Assembly: GCA_951406725.2 (NCBI GenBank) | Contig: OX597827.1 | Span: forward strand, 42,098,001-42,162,000 | DNA length: 64,000 bases | Direction of reading: 5' to 3' | DNA from: Octopus vulgaris | Lineage: Eukaryota | Shown here: positions 40,756 through 57,245 of the stretch, one piece after another | Layout of the letters: each line of letters opens with the position of its first letter | Position numbering within the stretch: the first letter of the stretch is position 1 | Program-made: the position numbers and the translations under genes | The notes under the pieces: model-generated | Told to the model about the DNA's origin: nothing | Databases searched by the model: none | Seen by the model: only the letters and a program-made list of their open reading frames with translations

Positions 40756-41156
40756 TGAAAATATGGATATATCTGTTTCGTCTAACAATAAATCTGTCTG
40801 GTTAGCTCACAAAATTTTAAAAATTTATCTGCTTACATCTCATTTTCACTCCCTCTTTCTCTCCCTCCCTCCCTCCCTCTCCCTGTCCCTCCCTCCCTCT
40901 CTCTCTCTCTCTCTCACGCACACACTTACACACTCACACACACATACATATAGGCATGCACGCACATACATTTGTGCACAGACATACACTTCCTCTCCCG
41001 CTCCATACTTTGCTTCCCCTCAAAATCACAGCCATGCTATTCCAATATCCTCCATTATAGATCTTTGTGTGTGTCTCTCTCTCCACACACACACATACCC
41101 CCCCCACACACAGTTACGCACATACTCATACACACATGCAAAAACACAAACACACA

Positions 41157-41510
41157 CATACATACATACATACATACATACATACATACATACATACATA
41201 AATACATACATACATACATACATACATACATACATACATACATACATACATACATACATACAAACATACATACATACATACATACATACATACATACATA
41301 CATACATGAATACATACATACATACATACATACGTACATACATACATACATACATACATAAATACACACGTACATACATACATACATACATACATACATA
41401 CATAAATACATACATACATACATACATGCATACATGAATACATACATGCATACATGCATACATACATACATACATACATACATACATACATACATACATA
41501 CATACATACA
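41157..41510. repeat. (CATA)n microsatellite
   Basis: Direct inspection. Confidence 0.95.
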
Positions 41511-42243
41511 AGGCTGCCTGCATAAATACACACATAAAGAAACACTGACAATGGTATAAAAATTTATACGCATATACTTTTGTGATGAATGTACGGCTTA
41601 GTATCTCTTAATATTCATAAAGTCGTACACACCGATTGATACGAAGATACAGACGATATAAGTGTGTAGATATATGTTTCCATGCATCAGTATGTCTTGT
41701 ATATTAATCATATATTAATAGATTTTATATTTAACAGGCATAGACGCCAGAATTATGTGTATGTGCGTATGGACACAAATATATATATATGTTCGTATAA
41801 GATGCATATATGAATCTATATGTATACATAAATACATCCATAAACACACACACACGCACATATACATGCATATATATACATACATATAGGTATATTCTTT
41901 TTTCTACTTGCTTCAGTCATTTGACTGCAGCCATGCTGGCGCACCGGCTTAACTCGAGCAGATCGGCCCCAGGTCTCATTCTTTGTAAACCTAGTACTTA
42001 TTTTATCGGTCTCTTTTGCCGAAACGCTACATTACGGGGACGTAAACGCACCAGCATTATATATATATATATATACGCACATATTTACACACACAGACAC
42101 ACACGCACAAACACACACTTAAGTGGTAGAAATGAACCCAAACCAAATAGTGGCATTTTGAAATATTTCGTATTTTGGAATGTTTTAACTGAGCAAGGAC
42201 GCAAGGAGTGCATTTCCTTATACAGCACACCGTTTAAAAATGC

Positions 42244-42291
<48 letters not shown>

Positions 42292-42630
42292 AGATAAATA
42301 TACTTACATACAAGATCAAAAAGGGTACGGGCGTCGCCATATATATATGTATATGTAAAAAAACACAAACTGGGACAAGAACGCAAAACATTTAGAAGAC
42401 GATACAAAAAACACGGACGGGACATTCGAAGCCTTCAATCTTCAGTCAAGAACCGGATCATCCTCGCAATTTCGGCTGATTAATCTTGAGATTGCTCCGA
42501 CCTGGCCAGCCCCAAAAGGAAAATCTAAGCCAAGCGCATTAGATTTCTTGGAAGAAAGCCTCGAACGTATACAAAACAAGGACGGGAATGAAATAAGAAC
42601 GAAGTTTGTGTTTTTTTACATATACATATA

Positions 42631-42757
<127 letters not shown>

Positions 42758-43094
42758 TCCGGGTCCAGTCCCAAAGCATAGCACCATGAGCAAGTGTCTT
42801 TTACTGTAGCTTTAGGTAAACCAAAGCCTTGTGAGTGAATTTGATACATAGAAACTGAAAGATGTCCATCATATATGTATATATGTGTGTATATGTTTGT
42901 GTGTTTGTCACCCCCACCATCGCTTCATAACCAATGCTGGTGTGTTTACGTCTCCGTAACTTAGCGGTTCGCCAAAAGACACCGATAGAATAAGTACTAG
43001 GCTTAAAAAGAATGAGTCCTGGGGTCGATTTGTTCGACTAAAGACAATGTTTCGGCTTGGCCGCAGTCAAATGACTGAAACAAAGAAAAGAATA

Positions 43095-43567
<473 letters not shown>

Positions 43568-43829
43568 TACAATACACCTGTGTGTGTGTGTGTGTGTTTG
43601 CATAAATATAGCTATGCTCGGTTTATAAGGTTACCTAGTGTTTTAAGGTCCATAAAGCGCTTAGCTCTACAACGTCTCGTCAGACCCTAAAGGCCGGTGA
43701 CCTGTAACCGCTCTTCAAAATGGTGTGAGAAATGGCTTTTTGGCTGGCTATTAAACTCACCAACACCGGTTGTCAAGCGGTTAGGAGGGAAAAACACAGG
43801 CACCAAGACACGCAACGCACACTCACGGG

Positions 43830-43863
<34 letters not shown>

Positions 43864-43869
43864 TTCTTT

Positions 43870-44270
43870 TATTCTTTCATTCATTTGACCACGACCATGT
43901 TGGAGCACCGCTTTTAGTCGAAAAAAAATCGATCCTAGGACCCATTCTTTGTAAGCTGAGTACATATTCTATCGGTCACTTTTGCCGAACTGCTAAGTTA
44001 CGGGGACGTAAACAGACCACTATCGGTTGTCAAGTGATGTTGGGGACAAACATACACATACAAACACACACAAACCTCACACAAACAAACACACACACAT
44101 ATGCATACGACGGGCTTCTTTCAGTTTCCATCTACCAAATCCACTCACAAGTCTTTGCTTAGCCCGAGGCTATAGTAGAAGACACTTGCCCAAGATGCCA
44201 TGCAGTGGGACTGAACCCGGAACCACGTGGTTGAGAAGCAAACTACTTACCACACACCCACTCTTGCGCT
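43870..44270 (-). mobile_element. SINE family A, full length
   Basis: Head and tail match the family. Confidence 0.85.
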
Positions 44271-44555
44271 TATATATTCTTTTATTCTTCTATTTGCTTC
44301 AGTCATTTGACTGCGGCCATGCTGAAGCATCGCCTTTAGAAAAAAATTGATATAAAAAATTAATGCAGCCAGCGGATTGCAATATATTACCAAAAAGCAG
44401 AGAACTATAACTCTTTACTAAATACGACTAGAGCGTTAGAGAACGACTTCATTGCTAGAAATAAGAGCTACAATGCTCTAATACTGCTTTTTTTTCAGCA
44501 CAGAGCTGCGGCCATGCCGATGCACCGCCGTTTAATAAAAAATGCGCCATTTTAA

Positions 44556-44792
44556 AGTCTAGCCAGGCTCATGGGCCCGGTTCCCCGGTTTTTATGGCGT
44601 ATGCGTTCTTCAGATGAACGGTACGCCAGTCCATCGCAGCGTTACTCATTTTTGCCAGCTGAGTGGAATTGAGCAACGTAAAATGAAGTGTTTTGCTCAA
44701 GAACACAACGCGTCGCTCGGTCCAGGAATCGAAACCACAATCTTACGATCATGATGCTGACACCCTGACCACTAAGTCACGCGCCTCCACTG
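44556..44792 (-). mobile_element. SINE family C-related (another copy at 59920-60160)
   Basis: Minus-strand head GGAGGCGCGTGACTTAGTGG..GGTTTCGATTCCTGG. Confidence 0.75.
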
Positions 44793-45519
44793 TAGTTAAC
44801 ACATATACTAACAGGGACCTTATTTGTCCGAAAAATACCGCCCGGGAATTTTTAAGACTGACGTGTCGGTTTCAGCAATTTCAGTTAAACCAGTTCAGTG
44901 TTCGGTTATTTCCGGAACTGTTTCTCTATTAGCATATATATATTCCTGTCATCCAAATTAATAGATGATTTATCATCAGTTAAGCCAGCAAGATATTCGG
45001 CTATTTCCCTGTTGGTGTATATGTTTCCCTTCATGTGCGTAAACTACAACATTTTAGCTCTTATTTCTAGCAATGTAGGTGGATTTTTTAACACCCTAGT
45101 CACATTTAGTGACAATCATAATTCTCCTTCTAGGTGAAATATTGCAACCTGCTGTTTATATTAATTTTGTGTATGCATATTAGCGAATCGCTAAATCATC
45201 CATTAATTTGGATTTATGTAAAGGCGGTGTTGGCGCACTGCAGAACTAGTCTGGGAACTTTTTGATAACACCTCGTATACGCACACACACACACACATAA
45301 AGAGAGAGATAGAGAATATTTCTACAAATATTTACAGTTTCGAGACATTTTGCAGGAACTTTTTCAATATATATATGTGTGTGTGTGTATACATAGATGT
45401 ATATTTATATATATGTGTGTGTGTGTATGTATCTATGTACACACATATATATATATATCATGATAGATCGTTAGCCACTACACATATTTTTTTCTCTCTC
45501 CGTGTTTTTTCTGTGTACC

Positions 45520-45553
45520 TTTCTGTAGAAGAGCGTAGGCTCGAAACGTAAAA
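45520..45553 (+). ncRNA. Minimal HHR-like motif (CUGUAGA core)
   Basis: TTT-CTGTAGA-a-GAGC gtag GCTC-GAA-ACGT-A-AAA; related to the 4011 motif. Confidence 0.45.
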
Positions 45554-45617
45554 TACTTTTTCTATTCCTGAGCGCTATACTAATACATCTGTTTGTTTTG
45601 TACACCACCTGTCTTCG

Positions 45618-45743
<126 letters not shown>

Positions 45744-46003
45744 TATGTATATATATATATATATTCTTTTATTCTATTACTTGTTTCAGTCATTTGATTG
45801 CGGCCATGCTGGAGCACCGCCTTTAGTTGAACAAATCAACCCCAGGACTTGTTCATTGTTAGTCTAGTACTTATTCTATAGCTTACTTTTGCCGAACCGC
45901 TAAGTTACTGGGACGTAAACACACCAACATCGGTTGTCAAGCGGTGGTGGAAGTACACACAAAGACAGATAAATATATACATACATACACACACACATGC
46001 ATA

Positions 46004-46039
<36 letters not shown>

Positions 46040-46587
46040 TGTATGTATGTATGTATGTTTGTATGTATGTATGTATATATAAAGCAAATTAAAGACAGAA
46101 GATGAAATATACGAGAATGTATTATTAATTACAATTGTTTCGACACATCTAGCATTGATTCCTCTTGGTCGGTACACTCAATAGCTGGTTCAGGAGCATC
46201 CGTTGGTGCAGAAGTATCTCGCCGGGTGATAAATAGATACAACTCGTTAAAATAACAGTTCCGCAATGTAATTTTCCGTTTTTTAGAGAGAAAAGCAGCC
46301 AGACGGAGGGAAATATCCTCATTTATATAGAAGATCAAAAATAAAATCACAGATGGCAAAAAGTGAAACGAACACGCAATCTAGCGAGAAAAGTATTAAA
46401 AAAAACCGTTAACAGATATGGATGTATAAACGCCCTCGGCCAAGCTGCATGACGCGAATACACTCGCTCATACAAGCATCCGCAAAAATGTGAGCATACG
46501 CACACGTGAGGTTTGGCGTACTCATGATCACAAAGCGAGTTAGTTATTTACTCGGTGTTTATAAGAATGGGGAGGTTAAAAGTAAAA

Positions 46588-47070
46588 TTAAGTCATCCAT
46601 ACCTTAAAGTAAATTAAGTTAACGGTTACTGAAAATTCATTCTCACTGCATTGTGCAAAAGTACATTTATATGCGTGTCGGCATCTCGAGAGTCTTTCAG
46701 AAATTCTATTAATTATCTTCTCGTTAGTCCACAGAATAGACAGGGATTCCTCGAGGCAGAGAGGGCATCTCCTGGAAATTATATTGTATGGTTTCGCATA
46801 CCTTAAAATGGACCAATTAATATTGTACTTCGTTTTATCCTCCTTCAGTCACCATACAAAATCTGCCAAAGATGTTGCAAGTCTACTATTGATTGTCTTA
46901 AAGCTGGCAACATGGTTACGATAACGATTCTTAAATGAATCAGCCGTCTGCCCTATATTAACATAGGGCTCTCCGCTTGTGTACACTGTACATTTATATA
47001 CAAGATTTGTTCTCATACAGAGATTCATCAAAGGACATTTTGATTTTCCTCTGCATAAGCATTTATCGTA
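46588..47070 (-). pseudogene. Penelope-like retroelement GIY-YIG endonuclease C-terminus (decayed)
   Basis: CLCRGKSKCPLMNLC..NLVYKC..YVNIGQTADSFKNRYRNH..LADFVW*LKED..INWSIL..RCPLCLEE..IINRISERLSRCRH..K in one frame with a single internal stop; putative 3' UTR/pLTR extends to ~46080. Confidence 0.85.
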
Positions 47071-47536
47071 TTTATTTGTATATAAGGGTTTCAGTTTCTG
47101 TCAACCAAATCCACTCATAAGGATTTGGTTGGCCCGAGGCTATAGTAAAATACACTTGCCCAACTTGCTACGCAATGAGACTGAACCCAGAACTATGTGG
47201 TTAGGAAGCAAGCTTCGTACCACGCAACCACTCCTGTGCCTAATGTATATGTACACACACACACACGCACACACACACAAACACACACACACCCATGCAC
47301 GCACATATACACACATATATACATTCACACACACACACACACACACACACTCATAGACACATACAGATCTGAATAAACCTACTAATCAGGCAATCACATT
47401 CAAACGTACGCACACGTATTCATGTATATATATGTATATATATTTACACACACACACATATACATATATATAGATATATCTGCATAGATATATATATATA
47501 CACATATATATATATACACACACACACACACGCACG

Positions 47537-47578
<42 letters not shown>

Positions 47579-48584
47579 CATGCATACACTATTGCCCACA
47601 GAATTATCCTTGATTGTTATTGAATATTTGCAGAAGGACACGCGAGCATAGACTCACACACAAACACACACACACACACACACAAACATGCGCAAATTCA
47701 TATATGTACGTGAATATATATTAATATAATGTGTACACTAAACGAATTAACACAAACAAAAATCTTCCAAAAAAAAAGAAAAACAAGTCAAAAAACAATT
47801 CGCTGGATATATGTTAAAATAAACAGATATTTTAAGAGATAATATTTAATTTTAATATACGATATATTTAATATCTCATATTTAATTTTCATATTTACCT
47901 TGAAATATCTGCCTTGTACCGTTTGATTTTTATACTTTATTCAATTTGTACAACATTATATTGATTTATATCGTTCTAAATGTGATAGAAAGGCCCTTAG
48001 TGGATCCCTGTTATAATATGTATTTCTCATGTACTTCGAAAACATATTCGTATATCGTGTGTATATGTGTGTGCGCGCGTGTGCCTGTGTGTCTTTGTAT
48101 GTATGTGTGTGTGTTTGCATCTGCAATATCCTACACTCACTTCTATAGAAACTGGTGTATACATGTGCATATATTCTTTTACTGGTTCACTGGTTTCGGA
48201 TAGCTTGTCTATGGCCAAGCTGGAACTTGATATATATATATATATATCACAGAATATACACATATATGTCTATATATTTATCGATGTATAAATATTTATG
48301 TATACACATGTATATAGATATGTTTATATACATATACTTGTACATAAATATATATCATAATTTTCACTTATTAATATGCATGTATATTTGTGTCTGTGGT
48401 TGTGTGTGTGAGTTTGTGTTTGTGGATGTGTCAGCATATTTATGTATGTATGTATGTATGTATGTGTGTGTATGTATGTATGTATGTATGTATGTATGTA
48501 TGTATGTATATATATATATATATATATGTGTGTATGTAAATGTATAACCAGTCATGCAAATATAAATACGGAAGCTCACACACA

Positions 48585-48642
<58 letters not shown>

Positions 48643-48954
48643 CACACACATGCACACACGTATATATCCATATATTTGAAAATTTTAGAAAAACTGTGAG
48701 AAACATTGTTGGCTGCGCAGCTGATGGTTTGTGCATGGCACTGTTTCTCCTTCCCACGTAAATTTAAACGCAAGTATCTATGTATATGTTGATTCAAACA
48801 TTACACATATATTACATATATGTGTATATAAATGTAAATATTCATATATTTACAATCATATACGCATATATATCACAGACACATAGATTTGGCAATTTTC
48901 TTTTCACTTTCTCTACTGGTGGTTTTTAATATATTATTATTATTATTATTATTA

Positions 48955-49006
<52 letters not shown>

Positions 49007-49399
49007 CATCATCATTATTATTATCATTATCATCATTATTATTATTATCATTATCATTATTATTATCATCATCATCATTATTATTATCATTATTATTATT
49101 ATTATTATCATTATGATATATGTACGTATGTATATATAGAGAGAAAGAGAGAGACAGATAGACAAAGAGACAGAGAGGGGGATAGGTGGGTGGGAAAGAA
49201 AAAGAGAGAGAACGTGGTATATTTATATCCATAGATATATACATGTATATATATATACAAGTGAGTGTGTGTGTTTATGTGTCCCCCAAAATTGACATAA
49301 ATTGAAATTGAATATCAGAGTAACTACATATCCTAGGCAAACGAACAGAAATAGGCTTCATGTTAAGCAATAAAGTATTTATTTATCAAAATTAGATCA

Positions 49400-49720
49400 A
49401 GAGATTTAGAGGAATGTAGATTTTATAACCGATTTCACAATGCTTTATAAATGTTGGATATGCGCAGCAACTTAAGGGTGACACATGACAAGTCCAGCTC
49501 GTGCTAAATACGCTGTAGCATGTTCTGCGTTACATTCTCATGTGCTTCAGTGATTCACTGCTTTAGTTCCTCTAGGCTTGTAGAAAGAGACGTAGCTTCT
49601 TAGAAAACAAATCACAAGGTGTCAACTTAGGTGAAAATGGTGGCCATTTCAACAGCACATTGTTCATTATCACTGGCACACCCAATCCAAACTTAGATAG
49701 TTTTTACACATTTTGTTCAA
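49400..49720 (-). mobile_element. Tc1/mariner transposase C-terminal relic
   Basis: LKWPPFSPKLTPCD, then frameshifted TSLEELKQ*ITEA..TQNMLQRI. Confidence 0.65.
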
Positions 49721-49788
49721 AATTTGAGAACATTTGAGCATGAACTGGCGATGCTAGAGTACAAAATGATGTAATTTTTTTCTGGCGG

Positions 49789-49843
<55 letters not shown>

Positions 49844-49857
49844 AACTTAATGCGGGT

Positions 49858-50208
49858 GTTGTGTTAGAACAAAGAATACTTCGTTGTTTATCTTGAGAGG
49901 ACCTCTTATATAGACTCTGGAGCAGACGAGAACCGTCTACTACGGCTGCCAGAACAACCAGATCACGGGATTATGCTCTGCCTGGCCTCCTCGGTGACAG
50001 ACTTACGGTAGTGAAATAACAACTTAGTCGCTCTGTGAACCGTAAATAGAATGTCCGTGTCTCTTCAGTCACAGATGTCGGAAATAGCCAGAGGACAAAC
50101 GTAGCAGATGATTCTCATTTGGTAACGATATAAATACGAGTGCCGTTTGGCACCAAATGAGAGATTCTTTCAAAGTAAATAACGCAGTATCCAATGTCTT
50201 AACACAAC
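49858..50208. mobile_element. Candidate solo LTR or short-TIR element
   Basis: GTTGTGTTA..TAACACAAC inverted termini (TG..CA), internal TATAAAT; no TSD found. Confidence 0.35.
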
Positions 50209-50306
50209 GTCCATGGTAAATTGTATATAAAGATTGTCTTTTGCTTTTAGTACTGTTTCTGCAGCTATCATACATATATACATACGTACATGTGTGTATG
50301 TGTATG

Positions 50307-50348
<42 letters not shown>

Positions 50349-50599
50349 TATAACAACAGATGGATAATGGTTCATTCACTACAGCTGTTTCCAACGAATT
50401 TTTTAATATCATATCATGTGAAAAATAGAAACAATATTTTCATCAGGTGAATATACACAAATTACCCATTTTAAACATTTTAAAAGTTACCAGTTTGTGC
50501 CACTTCATGGTTTTCTTTATTTAACCCGATCCGGTGCTTTACCATTTAAGTACCTGATTCACTTGAATCCTGAACTCATATATATAGATATATATGTGT

Positions 50600-50644
<45 letters not shown>

Positions 50645-50770
50645 AGCGAATGTGAGAAAGAGAAAGAGAGAGGACAGAGAGGGAAACAAGGAACGAGAGA
50701 GAGAGAGGGAGAGAGAGAGATAGAGAAAGAAAGAGCAAAGTAAAGAATATCATCATAAGACGGCGGCTTA

Positions 50771-52440
<1,670 letters not shown>

Positions 52441-52450
52441 TTCGAACATA

Positions 52451-52493
<43 letters not shown>

Positions 52494-52728
52494 TGAGGGT
52501 GGATGAGTGTATACTTTTAGGCGCATGTACGTGGGTGTGCGGGCGCGCATGTGTAAGTATGGACATGCGCCCTTACGCGAATACTATGAACTTTTTTACC
52601 CACTTACTTTTACTCCCTCCCTTCACTTAGTGGTCATTCAAATAGCTCTTTTGTCTTAATAACGGTCAATCACACAGTAATTTCCCTTTGTACAACGGTC
52701 ATTTTCATAGCATTTTTTCCGATGGCCG

Positions 52729-52789
52729 GATAACTGAAGAGATGGCGGCGTGGATTTCCACCTCGGCATCCAAAACTCGGAGTTTTATC
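52729..52789 (+). ncRNA. Type I HHR relic (GAAA mutated)
   Basis: GATAA-CTGAAGA-GATG..CATC-cAAA-ACTCgGAGT-T-TTATC; related to the 26995 motif. Confidence 0.55.
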
Positions 52790-52970
52790 ATGGCTACCGA
52801 ATAATTGTCACACATTACATTTACAGATAAATTCTCTATTTACATAATATCGAGGTCTCTTCCTTTTGTTGGATTACCATTTCTATCAACATATATATAT
52901 GTTCATGTTTGTATTTATGTAAGTATATATATGCATACGTGCAGGTATGATGTGTGTATGTATGTGTACA

Positions 52971-53035
<65 letters not shown>

Positions 53036-53517
53036 ATATGCGTGTCTGCGTGTGTGTGTATGTGTGTGTGTGCGTGCGTGTATGTATGTATGCTTGTGTG
53101 ATGGTCTTTGTAGCATTTTACGTCTACGAAATTCACTCACAACTCACAAGGAACTGGTCGGTTCGGCGCTGTAGTAGATGTCCATTAAGCAAGGTTCCAC
53201 GCAGCAAAACTGAACGCGAAACCTCTTGATAGCGAAACGAGATTCTTAACCACACAGTCAGGCTTGCAACTATACAATGATATTTTCAACTGAAAAAAAA
53301 GAGAAGTAAATAAAGAAAAAAAAGAAATGTTTAATGCGTCAACAAGGCAAAATTTCTAGTCATCAAACACAAATAAATCTTGGTGTATGGATTTTATAAA
53401 CATTTTTCACGTATAAATAACAATAAAATTTTTATTTTGCTCATTGTTTCAATAAAGTCTCGAGAGGTGAGACTTGGAGTCACAATTAACCCAAACACAC
53501 ATGTACACACATGCAAG

Positions 53518-53560
<43 letters not shown>

Positions 53561-53835
53561 GCATACGTATATTTATAGCATATTATAAACCCTTTCATTA
53601 TTACATAAATATTTGTAGGTATGCATGTATATCAACCTACATATATCTATATATACACACACACACATATATATATATGTATATACATATATATATAGGG
53701 AGATGTACTCGCATAGCAAGTAATTTGATCTGAAATCGTGTGCTGAAACGAAAACAATTGCAGCGTGGAAGGTGTTTATAAGCCATTTAAGAAACACACA
53801 AAAGCCGTTCGATTCACTTCAACATTTAAGTTTAA

Positions 53836-53885
53836 TTTGTCAAAATATTTTCGTCGCTAAAATCCGAGACCTGTTCACTGACAAA
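53836..53885 (-). ncRNA. Type I HHR variant with G3-C8 core
   Basis: Minus strand: TTTGTCA-GTGAACA-g-GTC..GAC-GAA-AATATT(palindrome)-T-TGACAAA. Confidence 0.65.
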
Positions 53886-53976
53886 AATCAGCACTTATAT
53901 ATAATGTATATATGTATATGTATATAAATGCATACACACATGCGCACAGACTCACACACACATATTATATATATAT

Positions 53977-54030
<54 letters not shown>

Positions 54031-54972
54031 GTATGTATGTATTCATACATACATATATAAATAAATACACACACACACGCCCCATATATATATATACATA
54101 CACATACATATCTCCGCGCATAATACACACAGACATACGCCTATATAATTCATGACGGTTCATGCTTATTCGTTTATTCGTATTCAAAAATTTATAAATC
54201 ATCAATTATAAATATTATTTACTGCTTATTCAGTAACAATAATCACAAAAATACTTATTCTAATTGTATAACATTTTTTTTTCAACTAAAAAAACAAAAC
54301 AATCACAAATAACGCATAATAATAATAATAACAACAATAATAATAATTTTAGATTCTTTTGAAAGAATTCTTTTGATCATCCTGTCAAACAGGCTTTTAA
54401 TTTTTTTTCAAAAGTTCCATTAATATTATTAGAGCTGACTCAAGTTCTATGAATGATTATTATTACGAGATTATTTCAAGTTCTGTCTTGTCGTTCCTCA
54501 ACGCTTTAATGGAATTGCAGCTCTGAACATTCCTCATTGAAGTGAACGTATTCTTAATTATTGTTTTGTTTGTATTTTACCCAAATGATCAGAGGCGTTC
54601 CGGCCGTGACTATTTCGTTTTTTTTTGTTATGTTTTGTTTTGTTTTGTTTTTCTCTATAGCGATGCAACATATTTCAGTCTACAATTATCTATTGTGGTA
54701 TCGCATCGTTTTGGTTTTTGTCTGGGATTTAAGCGAGATTTGGTTGTTACTTTTACCACGTCGAAACGGGAACACAAGAACGAATGTCTATTTGTCTATG
54801 TGGCTATCTATTCCACCCCCTCTCTCTCTCTCTCTCACTGTATGTCTGTCCGTCTTTCTCTCTCTCTCAGTCTTTCTCTTTCTCCCTTTCTCTTTCTCTC
54901 TTTCTTTCTTTCTTTCTTTCTATTTCTTTCTTTCTTTCTTTCTTTCTTTCGTTCTTTCTTTCTTTCTCTTTC

Positions 54973-55003
<31 letters not shown>

Positions 55004-55136
55004 CTCTCTGTTTGTCTGCCTACCTGCCTGCCTCCCTATCTCTCTGTCTCTCTGTCTCTGTCTCTCTGTGTCTTTCTGTCTCCCTGTGTCTCTCTTTCTT
55101 TCTCGCTCATTCTCTCTCTCTCTCTCACTCCATCCG

Positions 55137-55181
<45 letters not shown>

Positions 55182-55751
55182 GTTTGTCTACCTGCCTGCC
55201 TTCATGTCTGTCTCTGTCTCTCTTTCTCTGTCTGTTTGTCTGTCTGTCTGTCTCACTACTTTGCCAATTCTTTCATTTCCCTGGAATGCATCAAATGTTT
55301 ACTTCTTTTAGCTGTGGTGGCGGCGATGCTGGTGGAGGGGAAAATATTCCTAAAGCATTTAAAAGCAACAACAACTGAAGTTGCCGATTTTGTGCCAAAG
55401 AAATCAAATGAGAAGCATTAAAAAGGCACAGAAAAAGAAAACGTCCTACACCTTATCATGGTGGCCAACTGTGGGACCGGTGGAGCATCGAACAAAAATT
55501 CTTTTTGATATTTCTTTTTAAGTTAGTTTGCATTTTGATTTCAAATGGCATACAGCTCCGCCTTCCGAAGTTCATATGATAAAGACCAGCTTCGAAAATA
55601 CGTTAGAGTGGCGGGACCTATGCTATCGATTAGATCCTAAATCAGGGGTTCTCCCCCGGGGTTCTCTACCGGGGTTCCTGTAGCCCTTTAAGGTCCATAT
55701 AAGATATTATTGTTTAAGTTTATCTATAATGAATTGGATATAATTCTACAA

Positions 55752-56045
55752 TACGTGGTCTGATAAATAAATATCGGGACTGTTGCTATAGTTACGAAGC
55801 TAAAGCACGCAGAGTAAAACTGCTAGAAACACATTGACCGTGAATTCTGCACTGCATGCGCACTAAGTTTTAACGGTCTAACTCACTTTCACTGTTTACA
55901 ACAGTTCTTGGAAGGCAGGTGTGTAGCGTGTGATCGTCGTATTCACCATGACGGAAAAAGTTAAGCAGAGGAACTGCATCAATTTTTTCCAACAGCTTGG
56001 TGATCCCTGCTCAGAGGCCTACGCAAAGTTTTCAAAAAGTTTTCA
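55752..56045 (+). mobile_element. Mariner 5' fragment
   Basis: TACGTGGTCTGAT TIR-like start; MTEKVKQRNCINFFQQLGD resembles the mariner EQR.CIKFC.KLG N-terminus. Confidence 0.6.
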
Positions 56046-56461
56046 TCGTTCTCGCACAACTAAGGAGATCTTGTGAAACTGAAAGAGAGAAATAGAAAAA
56101 GATTTAGTGGGACGGGTTTCATCCAGTTTCTGTCTACCAATTCCATTCCCAAGGGTTCGGACGACAGGAGGCTAGAGTAGAAGACACTTTCCTGGGATGT
56201 CACGCAGTGGAATTGAACCCGGAGCCATGTGGTTGGGAAGGAAGCATCTTACCTCACAGCCCCGATTACAACATCTTTTATTTTTATATATCCTTCGTAA
56301 TGATACTTAATTATTAAAAATATAATGGGACTATTTAAAACATCGTGTTTTAAAACAAGTGTCCAGTAGAGTAAAATAAGAATGAAATGTTTTGAAAGGT
56401 TGTGTCTGAGATTGTCCACAAACCGCCCAATGTCATAAACAAATAAAACAATAAATGAATA

Positions 56462-57245
56462 ATACTTTCTACTGTAGCCACAAGGCCTGAAATTGTGGGG
56501 GAGGGGCAAGTAGATTACATCGACCCCAGTGTTTCACTGGTTCTTATTTTACCGGCCCCGAAAGGATGAAAGGAAAAGTCGACCCCGGCGGCATTTGAAG
56601 ATCGTAAAGACAGACGAAGTACTGCTAAGCATTTCGTCCGGCCTGCTAACGATTCTGCCGGCTCGCCACCTTAGAAACAATTATTTCCTTATTGCCTACA
56701 GGGGCTAAACGTAGAGGGGACAAACAAGAACTAAGGGATTAAATCAATTACATCGATCCCAGGCAAAGTCAACCCCGGCGGCATTTGATCTCAGAACGTC
56801 GAGACAGACGAAATACTGCTAAGCATTTCGTCCGGCCTGCTAACGATTCTGCCATCTCGCCACCTTAGAAACAATTATTTCCTTATTGCCCACAGGGCTA
56901 AACAGAGCGGACAAACAAGGACAAGGATTAAATGAATTACAGCAATCCCAGGCAAAGTCAACCCCAGTGGCATTTGAACTCAGAACGTCGAGACAGACGA
57001 AATACTGCTGAACATTTCGTCCGGCCTGCTAACGATTCTGCCATCTCGCCACCTTAGAAACAATTATCTCCTTATTGCCCACAGGGGTTAAACATAGAGG
57101 GGACAAACAAGGAGAAAGGGATTAAGTGAATTACATCGATCCCAGGCAATGTCAACCCCGGCGGCATTTGAACTCTGAACATCGAGACAGACGAAATACT
57201 GCTTAGCATTTCGTCCGGCCTGCTAACGATTCTGCCATCTAACCA
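56462..57245 (-). mobile_element. SINE family B tandem multimer (about 4 units)
   Basis: GACAGACGAA(A/G)TACTGCT..CTAACGATTCTGCC repeated about every 190 bp. Confidence 0.85.

Noticed and set aside
44965-44985. CTGATGA on the minus strand
   Set aside because: No properly placed GAAA or stems; chance match.
46849-46851. In-frame TGA in the GIY-YIG relic as selenocysteine (reported for some Naiad PLEs)
   Set aside because: It lies in FVW*LK, not at a conserved Cys position, and the Cys codons are intact. A nonsense mutation is more likely.
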